Shown piece by piece: positions 26,704 through 39,015 of a DNA stretch of 64,000 nt. Position 1 is the stretch's first letter. Each line of letters begins with the position of its first letter. Both the position numbers and the translations under genes were made by a program. The notes below the pieces were generated by a model, which made no database searches, was not told where the DNA came from, and saw only the letters and a list, made by a program, of their open reading frames with translations. Source of the stretch: Octopus sinensis (Eukaryota). Where the stretch lies: positions 61,442,001 through 61,506,000 of the forward strand of contig NC_043008.1 in NCBI RefSeq assembly GCF_006345805.1. Direction: 5' to 3'.

Positions 26704-27442
26704 CACACACACATATATATATACAATATATATACATGAGAGTTTATGATGTGTGTGTTTAAGAGTGAGTATTTATATATTCATAGACAAGTAGACACAT
26801 ACGAACAGAACATTATCTTCTCACAGTTGAGCGTCTATATATAACAAGAATGTATGGACATGTCTTTGTGTATGATGTAAATAAAACATGATGTACATGT
26901 GTGAATGTATTTGTGTGATTTAGAGAGCAAGTTAAAAGAAAGGTAAAATCTTGTTCCAAATCCATATCATTGACAATTCAAATACATATATGTATATTCC
27001 TTGTTCCAAATGCATGAAATTCGATCAAGGCAAGCAAAGATCGCACACTTGATAAAAGAATATATTTGATAGTTCTCACGAGTTGGTGCCATATATTTCG
27101 TAGAGTAGGTTACTATCAGCACATTTCATTACATGGAACTGAATACGATTCCTTCAATGAATGCATAATCTTAATTAGATTAGTGTCAAATTCCTACTCA
27201 GTTGTTTCTGAATATAGACGGAATGCAACAAAATAATATTTAAATTTTTTTGTTGTATCTCTGTAATTTAGAGAAATTTTATGTGACTACATTCAAGCTA
27301 CCCACAAACATTACTACACATCTGTACGTATGTATGTGTTGTATATATTTACGAATGTAAGTATGCATTCATGTATGGGCGATTTATATATATATATACA
27401 CATGTATATAAAAATATATCCCCATATATCCCCACATGTATC

Positions 27443-27484
<42 letters not shown>

Positions 27485-27963
27485 TATGCACATGTAAGCG
27501 TACCCGAATGTAGATGCATATGTTTTCTATGTATAATTGTATGAATATCTCAACGAAAATGAAAAACAAAAACAGTTTCGATATTGTAGTATTTTATAGA
27601 ATTGTTTGTAGAAAAAAAAAACAAAAAAATGGGAATGGTTATTCATGGGCAGTCTCTTAAATTCATGATAAGTAAATATAACTCAGGCAAGGAAATATTT
27701 CTATGCATAATGGGTATATTTCATGTTTGCAAATACCATGGGAAGAAACAGAGTGAACGAACACTGGGAAGGAATAATAATTACGTTTATATATATATAG
27801 ATATTTGCTTTTATTTTTTACGAACGGGGTAATAAATTTACAAACGCACATATTCATACACATAAAAATTACACATATATACTCATATCCACACACATGT
27901 CTCCAGCGACCAACATATATATAAATATATGTATATATATATATATATATATAATATATATAT

Positions 27964-28039
<76 letters not shown>

Positions 28040-29004
28040 TACATATATATAATATATATATGTGTTTGTGTTTGTTTGTGTACATGTATGTATGTATGGA
28101 TGACTGGATGGATGGATGTAATGCATGTGTATACTTACATATATATATGTATTTATATATATATGTATATGTAAATGGATATATATATATACTTATGTGT
28201 ATTTCTGTGTGTTGTGTATTTATGTATGTTGTTTTTAACTAATTATACATACATTAACGTATATATCTCAATTGCCAAAAAAAAAGACCGTAGGCAATTT
28301 CTGATCTATCGGCTCATAAGACCGTGGTCCCAGATTCTGTGGGGCTAAGCATTCTTCACATAGGCGGGTCGCAGATTCGTCGAGGGATTAATCAGGGCTT
28401 AATCATTTTTCGCAATTCATAGTGTTAATGAGATTTTTGTCAAAATCCTATAAAGCTGTGCAGAGTGCCGGAAATGATATTGAGTTTGTTTTTCAGATAT
28501 CTCAGTAAAGCAGACAAATTTTATGTGACCACATTAAAAATATCACACTTACATGCTACACCCAAATATATCAATGCGTCTCTCCTCGCCACAGTGTCTC
28601 TCACTTGGTATGTATATATATATATATATCCAAATAGCAATATATATATATATATATATATATCCAAATAGCAATATATATATATATATATATATATCCA
28701 AATAGCAATCTCAAAATCGTAACTGCTTCCAACAGCGCACATTATTTGGCTTTCTCTGTTCCCATTTCAATTCCGATTTCTCTTACATATTTCTCAAACT
28801 TGGTTGAAAGACAGATACTCGCCTCCTAGTCCACATTTTTCCAATTTCGTGTCTTTTAGTAAACTGTACAACTCACTCTTTTCTAGTTTTTAATCATTTA
28901 TGCGTGCATCCCCAGGTATTGCAATATCTAGAATCTTGATTTCCTATTGCCCTGTATCTATCACAAAAATATCTGGTCTTTATCTTTTTTTTAAATTTAT
29001 TTTT

Positions 29005-29160
29005 TTGTTTGTTTGTTCGTCCGTGGTCAAGACATCACGAGAAATGCAATGCTGGATGGATTCGAATGAAACTTATACAGATGTTTGGTCTCGTGACTGG
29101 CACGAACTGATTAGATTTTGGGATTGATCCGGTACCGGACGAGGATTCTGCATTATTTTT
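29005..29160 (+). mobile_element. Probable Helentron/HINE-like non-autonomous fragment
   Basis: gtttgtttgttcgtccgt...ggatggattcgaatgaaactt...gattagattttgggattgatccgg resembles the widespread DINE/HINE core. Confidence 0.4.
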
Positions 29161-29661
29161 AATATTTACTTTACATGAAGTATTATGATCTCTGATTAAA
29201 TCCCTTGAAAGTACGCTCATGGTTTCCAGTTAAACTATGGTGGCGTGGCTGTTTCCAGACTTTTATTTTCATTTCTCTGTTACTAATTTTAATTGCGTCT
29301 GTATCTTAGTACAAACTGTTGGATAAAGAAATCCACCCGCATAAACAAACTGCAGAAAAAAACGTTCAAAAATGAAATAAATCTAACATATTGAGTAACA
29401 ATAATAAATTTAATTCATCCTGGACAACTTTTCAGTTTTACCAATTTTGAATATATTGCTCCTGTTTAAAACCTTTTGCCTACTTGACAATTGCATTTCT
29501 AGCTCTACCTCGAAGAAAGCTTTTCTTCTTGGACTCACGTTTTTGTGCGCAACGATGTTGTTAAACCTCCGTTAACAGACCCGTATGCAGTTTCTTTCCG
29601 TTTTCTTTCACGCACGGATAAAACTTTTACTAGACCTTAATAATTGTGAAATATTGATTGT

Positions 29662-29761
29662 GAGTACCTTGCTCAAGAACACAGCGCGCTGCAGGGAATC
29701 GTACTCGTGACTTTACGATCGTGGGGCAAATACCCCCAACCACTGAGTTACACACTTTCAC
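29662..29761 (-). mobile_element. SINE family C head, truncated
   Basis: cttgctcaagaacac...gggaatcgtactcgtgac...aaccactgag is the reverse complement of the family C head. Confidence 0.7.
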
Positions 29762-31327
29762 TCTCTTTACTGTAGAGAAAAGGAGTGAAACGGTAGAGAA
29801 AGAGAAAAGAAAATCCTCAGTCATTTACATTGACTATTAGACTAAAATACGATCGATCTTTTCTAGCTTATTTACTTTTAAAAATGAATAAGAGGGAAAG
29901 GCATTTAATAATGAATAGAGGGAAATCCTTAGAGGTAATTATTCTCGGAGTTCTAGAACGATCGAGTGTTAGTTCTCTCTTCTTTCTCCCACCCCAGGTA
30001 CTTATTCACCTTATTTGATAGTTATTCATGTGTTTTAGTTGGGGGAATGTTTTCAGACACATTTAGCGTTTTCTCATCAAACTACAAAGAAGATCCTTTC
30101 TTTTTCGATACCAAAAATTAAAAGAAAATGCAAATTTGAAGCCCAGAAACCTGGGTAAATTTTAGTTATTTCTCCGCAGACTGAAAAAAAAATGTGATAA
30201 ACAACATTAATTGATTTTCGAACCTTCTTAGGATTTCATCAGGGGCGCCATTCTGACATCATTCCGGCAGCTTTCAGACAAAGAAGCAGCTAAGCTTTTA
30301 ATATACTCAACAAATGCAACAATTACTCTATGAAGGAGTCCCTGAGTTGCATACCGAAAGTGTTTAACACTCTATAAATGCCAGTGGCCGTATACTTTTT
30401 CCATGAAGGTATAGTCAACAAAAATGTACTCCACCTGTTAAGAGATAAGTACTATTTTATAAAAACATGACATATCTTTATGAGATACTAATAATAGTTC
30501 GATGCTATGGAAGCGATGCAGACAGTGTTTTATAACACATCGGATGCCCTTAGAGAATCCTTAGGCTCTGCCCATATGGCAGAACGAGCGAAAGCAGTAC
30601 GACAAAACAAGAGAAAATGCATATATACATGTCCATACATATGTGTGCGAGTGTGTTCGTTTGTGCGTTGTGTGTTCTTGTGTGTGTGTGTCTATGTATA
30701 TACATGTGTGTGTGTGTATGCATTACTTGTTTTACACTGATCTTACCTGGGTGCATACATTTGAGATACGTGCATACTCACGAAGTGGAATCACTTGTAA
30801 TAAACTAACTGTACACATCATAAATAAATAAAAAGATTATATAACGAAGATATATTTTAATTCAGAATTCAAATGGAGTATTTAAATAGATGGTTACAAT
30901 TACAATTCCAGGAACTTAAAATTTTATTTCAGTGAAAATAAACTTCTCTTAATTTAAAATTAATGAGTGTATGATATTTCATTAAAAGGCTAGTTAAATT
31001 AACGTAGAAGCACTATTTCATTCATCTGTATTCGTTGGAATAAATCACCTATTTTATGGTCTAACTCACATTTAAATGCGACGTTTACGTCTATACGTGA
31101 AACTCAATCTCGAAGTGTATACTTTAATTTGTGTCTCTAGTAATTAAACTGTGTTGTTATCAGTATGAGAGTGTTAGTGGATTTACTGCGATTTTCCATA
31201 CGAATGTGTATAATAAACATAGCCATTGCTATGTAGACACTTCCGCGTGACCATTCATTGAAGTTCGTTAATAACACAGCCATATATGCACACCAACCCA
31301 TAAATTCACACGCATACATATACACTC

Positions 31328-31368
<41 letters not shown>

Positions 31369-32138
31369 GCACGTAATCATGTTTGTATATATGTATGTGT
31401 GTGTGTGTGTGTGGTGTGTGTGTGTGTGTACATATGTATAGACACAGATATCAGGTACGTGCGTGCTGGTTCGCGCGAGACTATGTGTATGTATTTTGTG
31501 AATCTGCCGATGTACAAGTAACCGTTCTAATCATTATTTAGTTATGTTCTGAGGTATATTAATCTGTTTTATTTTTCATTCTTGCTTCTATTATTTAATT
31601 GCTTCCCATACATAAATATATTGAGATTTTACATTTTAACTTTAAAAATATCTTGAATCTCTACTTAAATTAAAGCGAATGCTAACTTTATGGCAAATCT
31701 ATCGGCTCTGCTCCATCTGAGATAATTTTATGTGGGCGATAATTATTCTTAATTATATACTTGTCGTTATTTTGGTGAAGTTTACTTGTAAAACCCATAC
31801 ATAATTTACGTGTTTGACGTTTATTATAGAAAAATATTGCAGCATTAGTTGTTTGCAGATTATATATTAAAGATTCCGAATATTAAACAGAAGTGCGCTT
31901 GGGATACTGCAGGAAGATTTTTCAGTATGACATAGTTTATATTTAGGCGAAGATGTCTTCTCTTTTATTATTTAATGATAGACCTAGTTCCAAAAGTTCA
32001 GAAGTTTGTCTTGATGTCGCCACTGTTTAACGATTTATATCAACCTCGTTGAATTAGTACTGATAGCTTCTGGCAGAATATCAAGTAGATTCATTAACCA
32101 TCCATGTACGTAAAATGCTTTGTATACATATGCATGGT

Positions 32139-32529
32139 GGAGGCGCAATGGCCCAGTGGTTAGGGCAGCGGACTCGCGGTCATAGGATCGCGGTTTCGAT
32201 TCCCAGACCGGGCGTTGTGAGTGTTTATTGAGCGAAAACACCTAAAAGCTCCACGAGGCTCCGGCAGGGGATGGTGGTGATCCCTGCTGTACTCTTTCAC
32301 CACAACTTTCTCTCACTCTTACTTCCTGTTTCTGTTGTACCTGTATTGCAAGGGGCCGGCCTTGTCACTCTCTGTGTCACGCTGAATATCCCCGAGAACT
32401 ACGTTAAGGGTGCACGTGTCTGTGGAGTGCTCAGCCACTTACACGTTAATTTCACGAGCAGGCTGTTCCGTTGATCGGATCAACCGGAACCCTCATCGTC
32501 GTAACCGACGGAGTGCTTCCATCCATCCA
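32139..32529 (+). mobile_element. SINE family B (tail type 2), apparently full length
   Basis: First about 170 nt nearly match 20441 onward; different 3' part ending in (CCAT)n. Confidence 0.85.
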
Positions 32530-33427
32530 CATATGCCTGTGTGTGCGTGTGTTTCTGACAGTTATATACTTATGAACGTGTGTGCGTGAGTGCGTTTGCA
32601 GCTTATAAAAGTACGCATGCGATGGATTGTTTAAAGCCAGATACATATTATTGCAAAGCAAATTAATTAATGTAAAAAAAATAATAAATAAATGAAAACG
32701 TATCTTTGCATTCCACTTAAACAATTTTATATGCTACTTTTACGAATTCGTTTTAAATCAATCAGCATTAGAACAAAGCGAGAGTACCACTCATTTTAAA
32801 AGTACTATTCACTTTACTATCTTTATTATTTAAAAATTGCTTTGCTTCGATTATATTGTATCTCCTTATTCTCTATACTCTAGTATTTGACTTTCCCGTA
32901 TTGGTTTCTGTGAAATGCATACCTGTAACTGCTTTATAAATTTTATGCGGATCATCAATTAGATTCTAAATCGGAAGTATTACTGAATTATAACCCGTTT
33001 CGTATATTCGTAATTAATTTATCTGAAACTGAGTGAATATATTTTTATGACACTACTTGATAAATTAAATTGCTATTATGTACTATATTGCATATTATCA
33101 AATATTTCTCCCCGTACAATTATTAATAACGTTCGTGCAATGAAAATCAAGGTGAAGCGAAAGTTCTGAAGCTAGAATATGCTCGTACACAGTTCAAATT
33201 GCGATTAGATATTGGTTCAGAAAAACGCCAAAGTCGCAAAAAGTTCCCACTATTATACTTCAAAGATTGGGGCTCCTCGAATTCATATAGCTATTGCTAA
33301 ATTTTTATCTCCAGTCAATAATTTTTCTCCATTTCTTATTTTGTGATAAAATGTAGATCACTGTTGTTTCATCCAAGTCATATTAATACGTCTGTTTCAG
33401 AGGAAGAAAACAAGTGATATTTTAAAC

Positions 33428-33571
33428 AGAGGTGAAGGTATGGCTGTCTGGTAAGAAGCTTGTTTTTCCAACCGCATGGCTTCGGGTTCAGTTCCAATTC
33501 ATGGTACTATAGCCCTGGACCCACTGAAGACTTGTGATGGATTTGTTAGATGGAAACTAAAAGAAGCCCGA
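33428..33571 (+). mobile_element. SINE family A, 5' half
   Basis: tggctgtctggtaagaagcttg...gggttcagttcca...ggaaactaaaagaagcccga. Confidence 0.75.
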
Positions 33572-33613
33572 CACACACACAGACACACACATATGTATAT
33601 ATACATATATATA

Positions 33614-33649
<36 letters not shown>

Positions 33650-33651
<2 letters not shown>

Positions 33652-34015
33652 GAGCAAAACGCCCCCCTCCTCCCGAGCAATCGACGGTGCTGAGTTACCA
33701 AACATTTAAACCACATTTTCTCAAAACAACTTGTTCGATCGTCCCATAGGCCTCCCCTTTGAGAAACACTGATTTAACCTAAATTTGAGATACCAGCAAA
33801 AGAAGAAATAAAGATAGACTTTATTCTATTCCAAAGAAAAACGATTTTCCACGGCTTTATCGATAGTATTCTCACCTGGAATCCATTTTTGTAATTTTTT
33901 CAAGACTTATATACGCCCTGATACCGTCGGTATCTACATATAAAATTTGAGCGCAATCGTATGGAGGGTTTCCGAAATCTTAGAAACCACAAACACACAC
34001 ACACAGGACGGATTT

Positions 34016-34025
<10 letters not shown>
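33650..34025 (-). mobile_element. Non-autonomous Helitron-like element
   Basis: Minus-strand start tatataaaatccgtcctgtgtgtg...ccatacgattgcgctcaaatttt has the same layout as the element at 59290-59952. Confidence 0.5.
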
Positions 34026-34092
<67 letters not shown>

Positions 34093-34109
34093 CTGCCGCC
34101 ATCTGTCAT

Positions 34110-34535
34110 AGCAGACCATCAAACAGGTGGAGGAATTTGAGGCAATTCAGCGCAACTACACAAAGAAGATTTACTTACTGAAAGAGATGAACTACTGGCA
34201 GAGGCTAAAGGATCTAAAGCTCTACTCCCTAGAGATAATGTGTAAAAGGTGTGCAGTGATATACATATAGAAGATACTAGAAGGTCTAGCACCCAACTTT
34301 GGAACTGAAATCTACACGAACCACTAAATGACGTCACTGTAGAATACCAAAGATCCCGATTTCTCCATCTAGAAAATGGGTCCACTGCTGCAGAGATCCG
34401 GTTTTAAGGGCCCATAATTATAAAGATTATTTCAAGCATGCTCAGAGATTTGTGAGGTGTAGATATGTAAGTCTTCAAGGGACGTCTGAACAAATTTTTA
34501 TCTGAGATACTCGATAAACTCACATCGCAGGAGAA
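34110..34535 (+). mobile_element. CR1-type LINE 3' fragment, decayed
   Basis: Peptides EEFEAIQRNYTKKI, MNYWQRLKDLKLYSLE, KILEGLAPNF and [13 protein letters not shown]. Confidence 0.8.
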
Positions 34536-34550
34536 TGAACAATCAAGATA

Positions 34551-34611
<61 letters not shown>

Positions 34612-34648
34612 ATACATACATACATATAACATACATACATTCATACAT

Positions 34649-34695
<47 letters not shown>

Positions 34696-34721
34696 ATATA
34701 TACATATATATATTATTTTTA

Positions 34722-35388
34722 TATTATATTGAGGGTACTACTATTCGTAGATACCAACACGCTAAGAGGGACCAATGCGGTCAAAACTACTAAAATAAAC
34801 AAAATTTTACCGAATGCAAAACTTCAAAACACATCATTTTAAAAAAGAATTCAGTTACATATCACATGTGATTTCGCATTTAATGCAGAATATGCATTTC
34901 ATGTTCGTCAGTGCAACAAACTCAAGAAATATAAGAGAAAACATAACATTACAAGCTCGATAGCCAACCGTAGAATTCGTCGTAGCATGTACGAATGTTT
35001 ATCTTTACATATCTATGAAAATGGCGGGCTTATTCGCAATGCATTTCGGTACCAAATTTTCCAGTCGGAATAAAAATTCAGATTTTACGGATTTTTTCTC
35101 TTACGAGGTTTTTCACGCTGACTACTGATAATTTCTTTTAAAGATTTTATCCTCAATTGTTAATTTATATTTTTCACCGGAATAGTTCAATACTGAATTT
35201 TGTTTATTTTAGTAGTTTTGACCGCATTGGTCCCTCTTAGCGTGTTGGTATCTACGAATAGTAGTACCCTCAATATAATATAAATGAATATTTTCAAAGA
35301 GGAAGATTTTACGGATTTTTTCTCTTACGAGGTTTTTCACACTGACTACTGATAATTTCTTTTAAAGATTTTATCCTCAATTGTTAAT
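34722..35388. repeat. Interleaved 85-bp inverted repeat and 85-bp direct repeat between (TA)n tracts
   Basis: 34722-34806 is the reverse complement of 35196-35280; 35080-35164 matches 35304-35388 with one mismatch seen. Confidence 0.9.
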
Positions 35389-35407
35389 ATATATATATAT
35401 ATTATAT

Positions 35408-35469
<62 letters not shown>

Positions 35470-35666
35470 TATATATATATCGTTTTTTCTAGGGAGAGAT
35501 ATTATGCCAAAACTATTAACGTAACCACTGGTTCAATCCTCCTTGTTTATTATTGGCCAATTAGCTAAATATCCAACTGACTAATCGATTGTTTCACTTG
35601 GTTAAACTGTAGGTTATTTGTTTTGTTTTGGCGTCTCAAAGTTCTTTCATTGCTACTTGCAACCCT

Positions 35667-35828
35667 AGGTATTTCGTCTGCCGTTACGTTCTGAATTCAT
35701 CCTTTCGGGGTGAATAAATCAAGTACCACTTACGCACTGGGGTCGATGTAATCGACTCAATCCATTTGTCTGTCCTTGCTTACCCCCTCTATGTTTACCC
35801 CCTTGTGAGAAATAATGAAATTAGAAAC
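35667..35828 (+). mobile_element. SINE family D fragment
   Basis: ggtatttcgtctgccgttacgttctga...gcactggggtcgatgtaatcgact; reverse complement of the 62891 copies. Confidence 0.75.
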
Positions 35829-36669
35829 TATATTTTAAAACACATAACTTATAGTATGTTATTTTGTTTGTAGGTCTTGTAAAAGGGATATCATCACTCC
35901 GGTATGACTCCGTATCACTGCTATGATAATCGACTAATGATCCGTAGTGTAGATAGCGACAGAACATTCCCAATCCCATTAATACTAAAGAGACAATTCA
36001 AGAATATAGACAAGAATATATCGTCCATATGACCTTAGTAAAATATTTCAATAACAAGCTGCACAGCGAGCAGCGTTGGTGAATATTGCTTAAAGTATGG
36101 AAATTGATTAAATCATCAACAATTTCCTTATCTAATTTCTTTAACCAACTCACTGACATCCTAGTTTAAAGAGAGCTGAAGAGATTTCATCGCTGCAAAC
36201 TATGGTTAGCGAAGGACAGGAAATGTATGAACCTATCAATCTGTTGATGTTTTTGTAATGAAAATGTTCTGTCCGGAAACGCAGTATGAGACTGAAGCAG
36301 GTTAAAAGCTATTGAAATTGAGATCATAATATAGTTAGAGGATTTCCGCTCAGTGTAAAAGTAATATCCGGTAATATTTTGTACTTAGCATCTAAGCCTT
36401 ATGGCATCGATAACCTTTCACATGGCATTACTTCAAAAATGCTGCGTTGATTTGCGAGTTAATTTTAGATACAGGCATATAGACGTAGATATCTATGTAC
36501 ACTCAATCACGTAATCAGGCATACATGCAAACAATCATGCAGTCATACATACAAGCAAATGCGCGTACGCACATACGCACACGCGTACACAGATGCTTGT
36601 GTGTGAATACGAATTATATATATGTGTGTGTGTGTTTATATGAGAGAGAGAGTGTGTGTGTGTGTGTGC

Positions 36670-36702
<33 letters not shown>

Positions 36703-36937
36703 TGTGCGTGTGTGTGTGTGAACATTATCATAAATTCGTTAAGAATATCATTGTTTGAAAAAATATTATCAACATACATTTTACATTAAATACACTCACA
36801 CACATACGCATACGGATATTTGTATTCAGTTGCTTATACATACAAGCAAACGTATGTATAAATATATGAATATACGTGTATGAACATGTGTGCGTGTACG
36901 CGCATGTGTGTGTCTGTGCATACACAGAGCAAGAAAC

Positions 36938-36971
<34 letters not shown>

Positions 36972-37310
36972 GAAGAGAGATAAGTTCGTGGAAAAAAGTT
37001 AGACTGGTCATATTCACAGGGTAATCAAATGGAAATGAAATAACAAAAAGAACACAGAGAGAAGTATGTACTTATATCTTTATGTCAATGTCTGGAAACA
37101 ACTTTAGAATTTTCCTCCAACATGTGACTGAAAGAAAATTCATTTTCAAAAAAAACAAAAACTAAACAAACGAAGAAAACACAAGAATTATTCATAGTGT
37201 AGTTTTTTCATAGCAGACAATAGAAACCAGTTTACTTTAATGTAACCAAATCTACGAACGTTATAGTGTAACTTAAACTGATTCAGTTTACTGAACTAAA
37301 TTTAATATAT

Positions 37311-37374
<64 letters not shown>

Positions 37375-37470
37375 ATATAATATATATATATATAATGTAT
37401 GTGTGTGTGTGTGTGGTGTATGTATATATATATGTATACATATATATATAATCTATATATATAGTATATA

Positions 37471-37514
<44 letters not shown>

Positions 37515-37538
37515 AATATATATATATATAATATATAT

Positions 37539-37644
<106 letters not shown>

Positions 37645-37737
37645 GAATTATTATCTCCCACTTCCCTCTCCTTAATCTCTTAATCTGACACCACTCCTAC
37701 ATCTTCTTTCTCCTTGAAATAAACCACAATATATTTA

Positions 37738-39015
37738 ATAGGTTGGCAACTAAGTAGCCGCCATTTTTAAAACTTTTTATTTTTGAAAAGGTTTAATAAA
37801 AAATAACAACTAATTAATGAATAATGTATTCGCCCTTGTTGTTTAGAACTTCTTCCTAACGTTCACGAGGGTATTCAATACCTCGTTGGTAGAAATCACA
37901 CGATTTCGACTCGAAAATTTCGTCAAACCAAGCTCTGAATTCTGCATCAGCATTGAACGAAACTCCGCGAATAGCATTTGAAAGAGATCGAAAGAGGTGA
38001 AAATCCGTTATTGCCAAATCAGGAGAGTATGGCAGGTGTGCAGCACTTCCCAGCCATGCGTTTGAATGACTTCCTTGATCATAATGGCGATATGAGGGCA
38101 GACGTTGTCGTGCAGCAGAACTCCATTAGGTCTGTTCTCTTGAATAGTCGCGTTGAATCGTTCCATCACTTGAATATAGAGTTCTGCGTTGACCATGTGG
38201 TTGCGTACAAACAATTCGTAATAGATAATCCCTTTCCAGTCCTATCATTCGCACAGCATCGTTTTGCGCGGATGAAGATCTTGTTTCACGAGCAGTGTCG
38301 CTTGCTTACCGGGGCTAAGCCAATCTTACGCTGCATCATATTGAGGTACAGGCAGCATTTTTCGTCGCCATTAACGATTAGGTAAAGAAATCGTTGCTTT
38401 TGTCCATGAGTTGAGCGATGACGAGCAAGCAAACCTGCGGCGATTGTGGCTCGTTGATTTTTGTTGTTGTCACTTAAAGCATACGGAACACATGCTCAAT
38501 ACTTCTGAACCTTTCCCATCGAGTAAAGATGCTTCTCTATAGCAGTGTGGGAGCATTCCATTTTCTCTGCCAATTCCCTTGTTGTTTGACGAGAACTTTC
38601 GAGCAAAAGTTGGTTTAATCACTCTTCATCGAACTCAACTGGACAGCCAGAATGATGTGCGTCTTTGAGGTCGAAATTTCCATTTTTTGAACTTGGCATA
38701 CCAATCATGACCTGTTCTTTCAGCTATGGCACCCTCTCCGTACACAATACTAAAGTCGCGAGCAGCTTTTGCGGCCTTAGAACCTTGATTAATAGCAAAA
38801 AGTAGGGGGTGTCGAAAATGCTCGATTTTCTCATCTTGACATTTCATTTTAATGATCTGAAAATAAACAAAAATTAACTAAAATTAACTAGAAAAATATA
38901 AAGATTCCAAAATGATTCAAAAATAGAATTCTGGAAAACAATAGATTCCAAAATTGAAAAGCGCAAGGAATTCCAAAATAAATTTTAAAAAAACGTGGGA
39001 ACCGTGCCAACCCAA
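37738..39015 (-). mobile_element. Near full-length (about 1.3 kb) decayed mariner transposon
   Basis: TIRs ataggttggcaac and tgccaacccaa. Transposase pieces MKCQDEKIEHFRHPLLFAINQGSKAAKAARD, TTRELAEKM and LLHDNVCPH, with frameshifts. Confidence 0.9.

Noticed and set aside
30212-30246. Minus-strand CTGATGA...GAAA motif
   Set aside because: Weak stem II and no stem I partner; compatible with chance.
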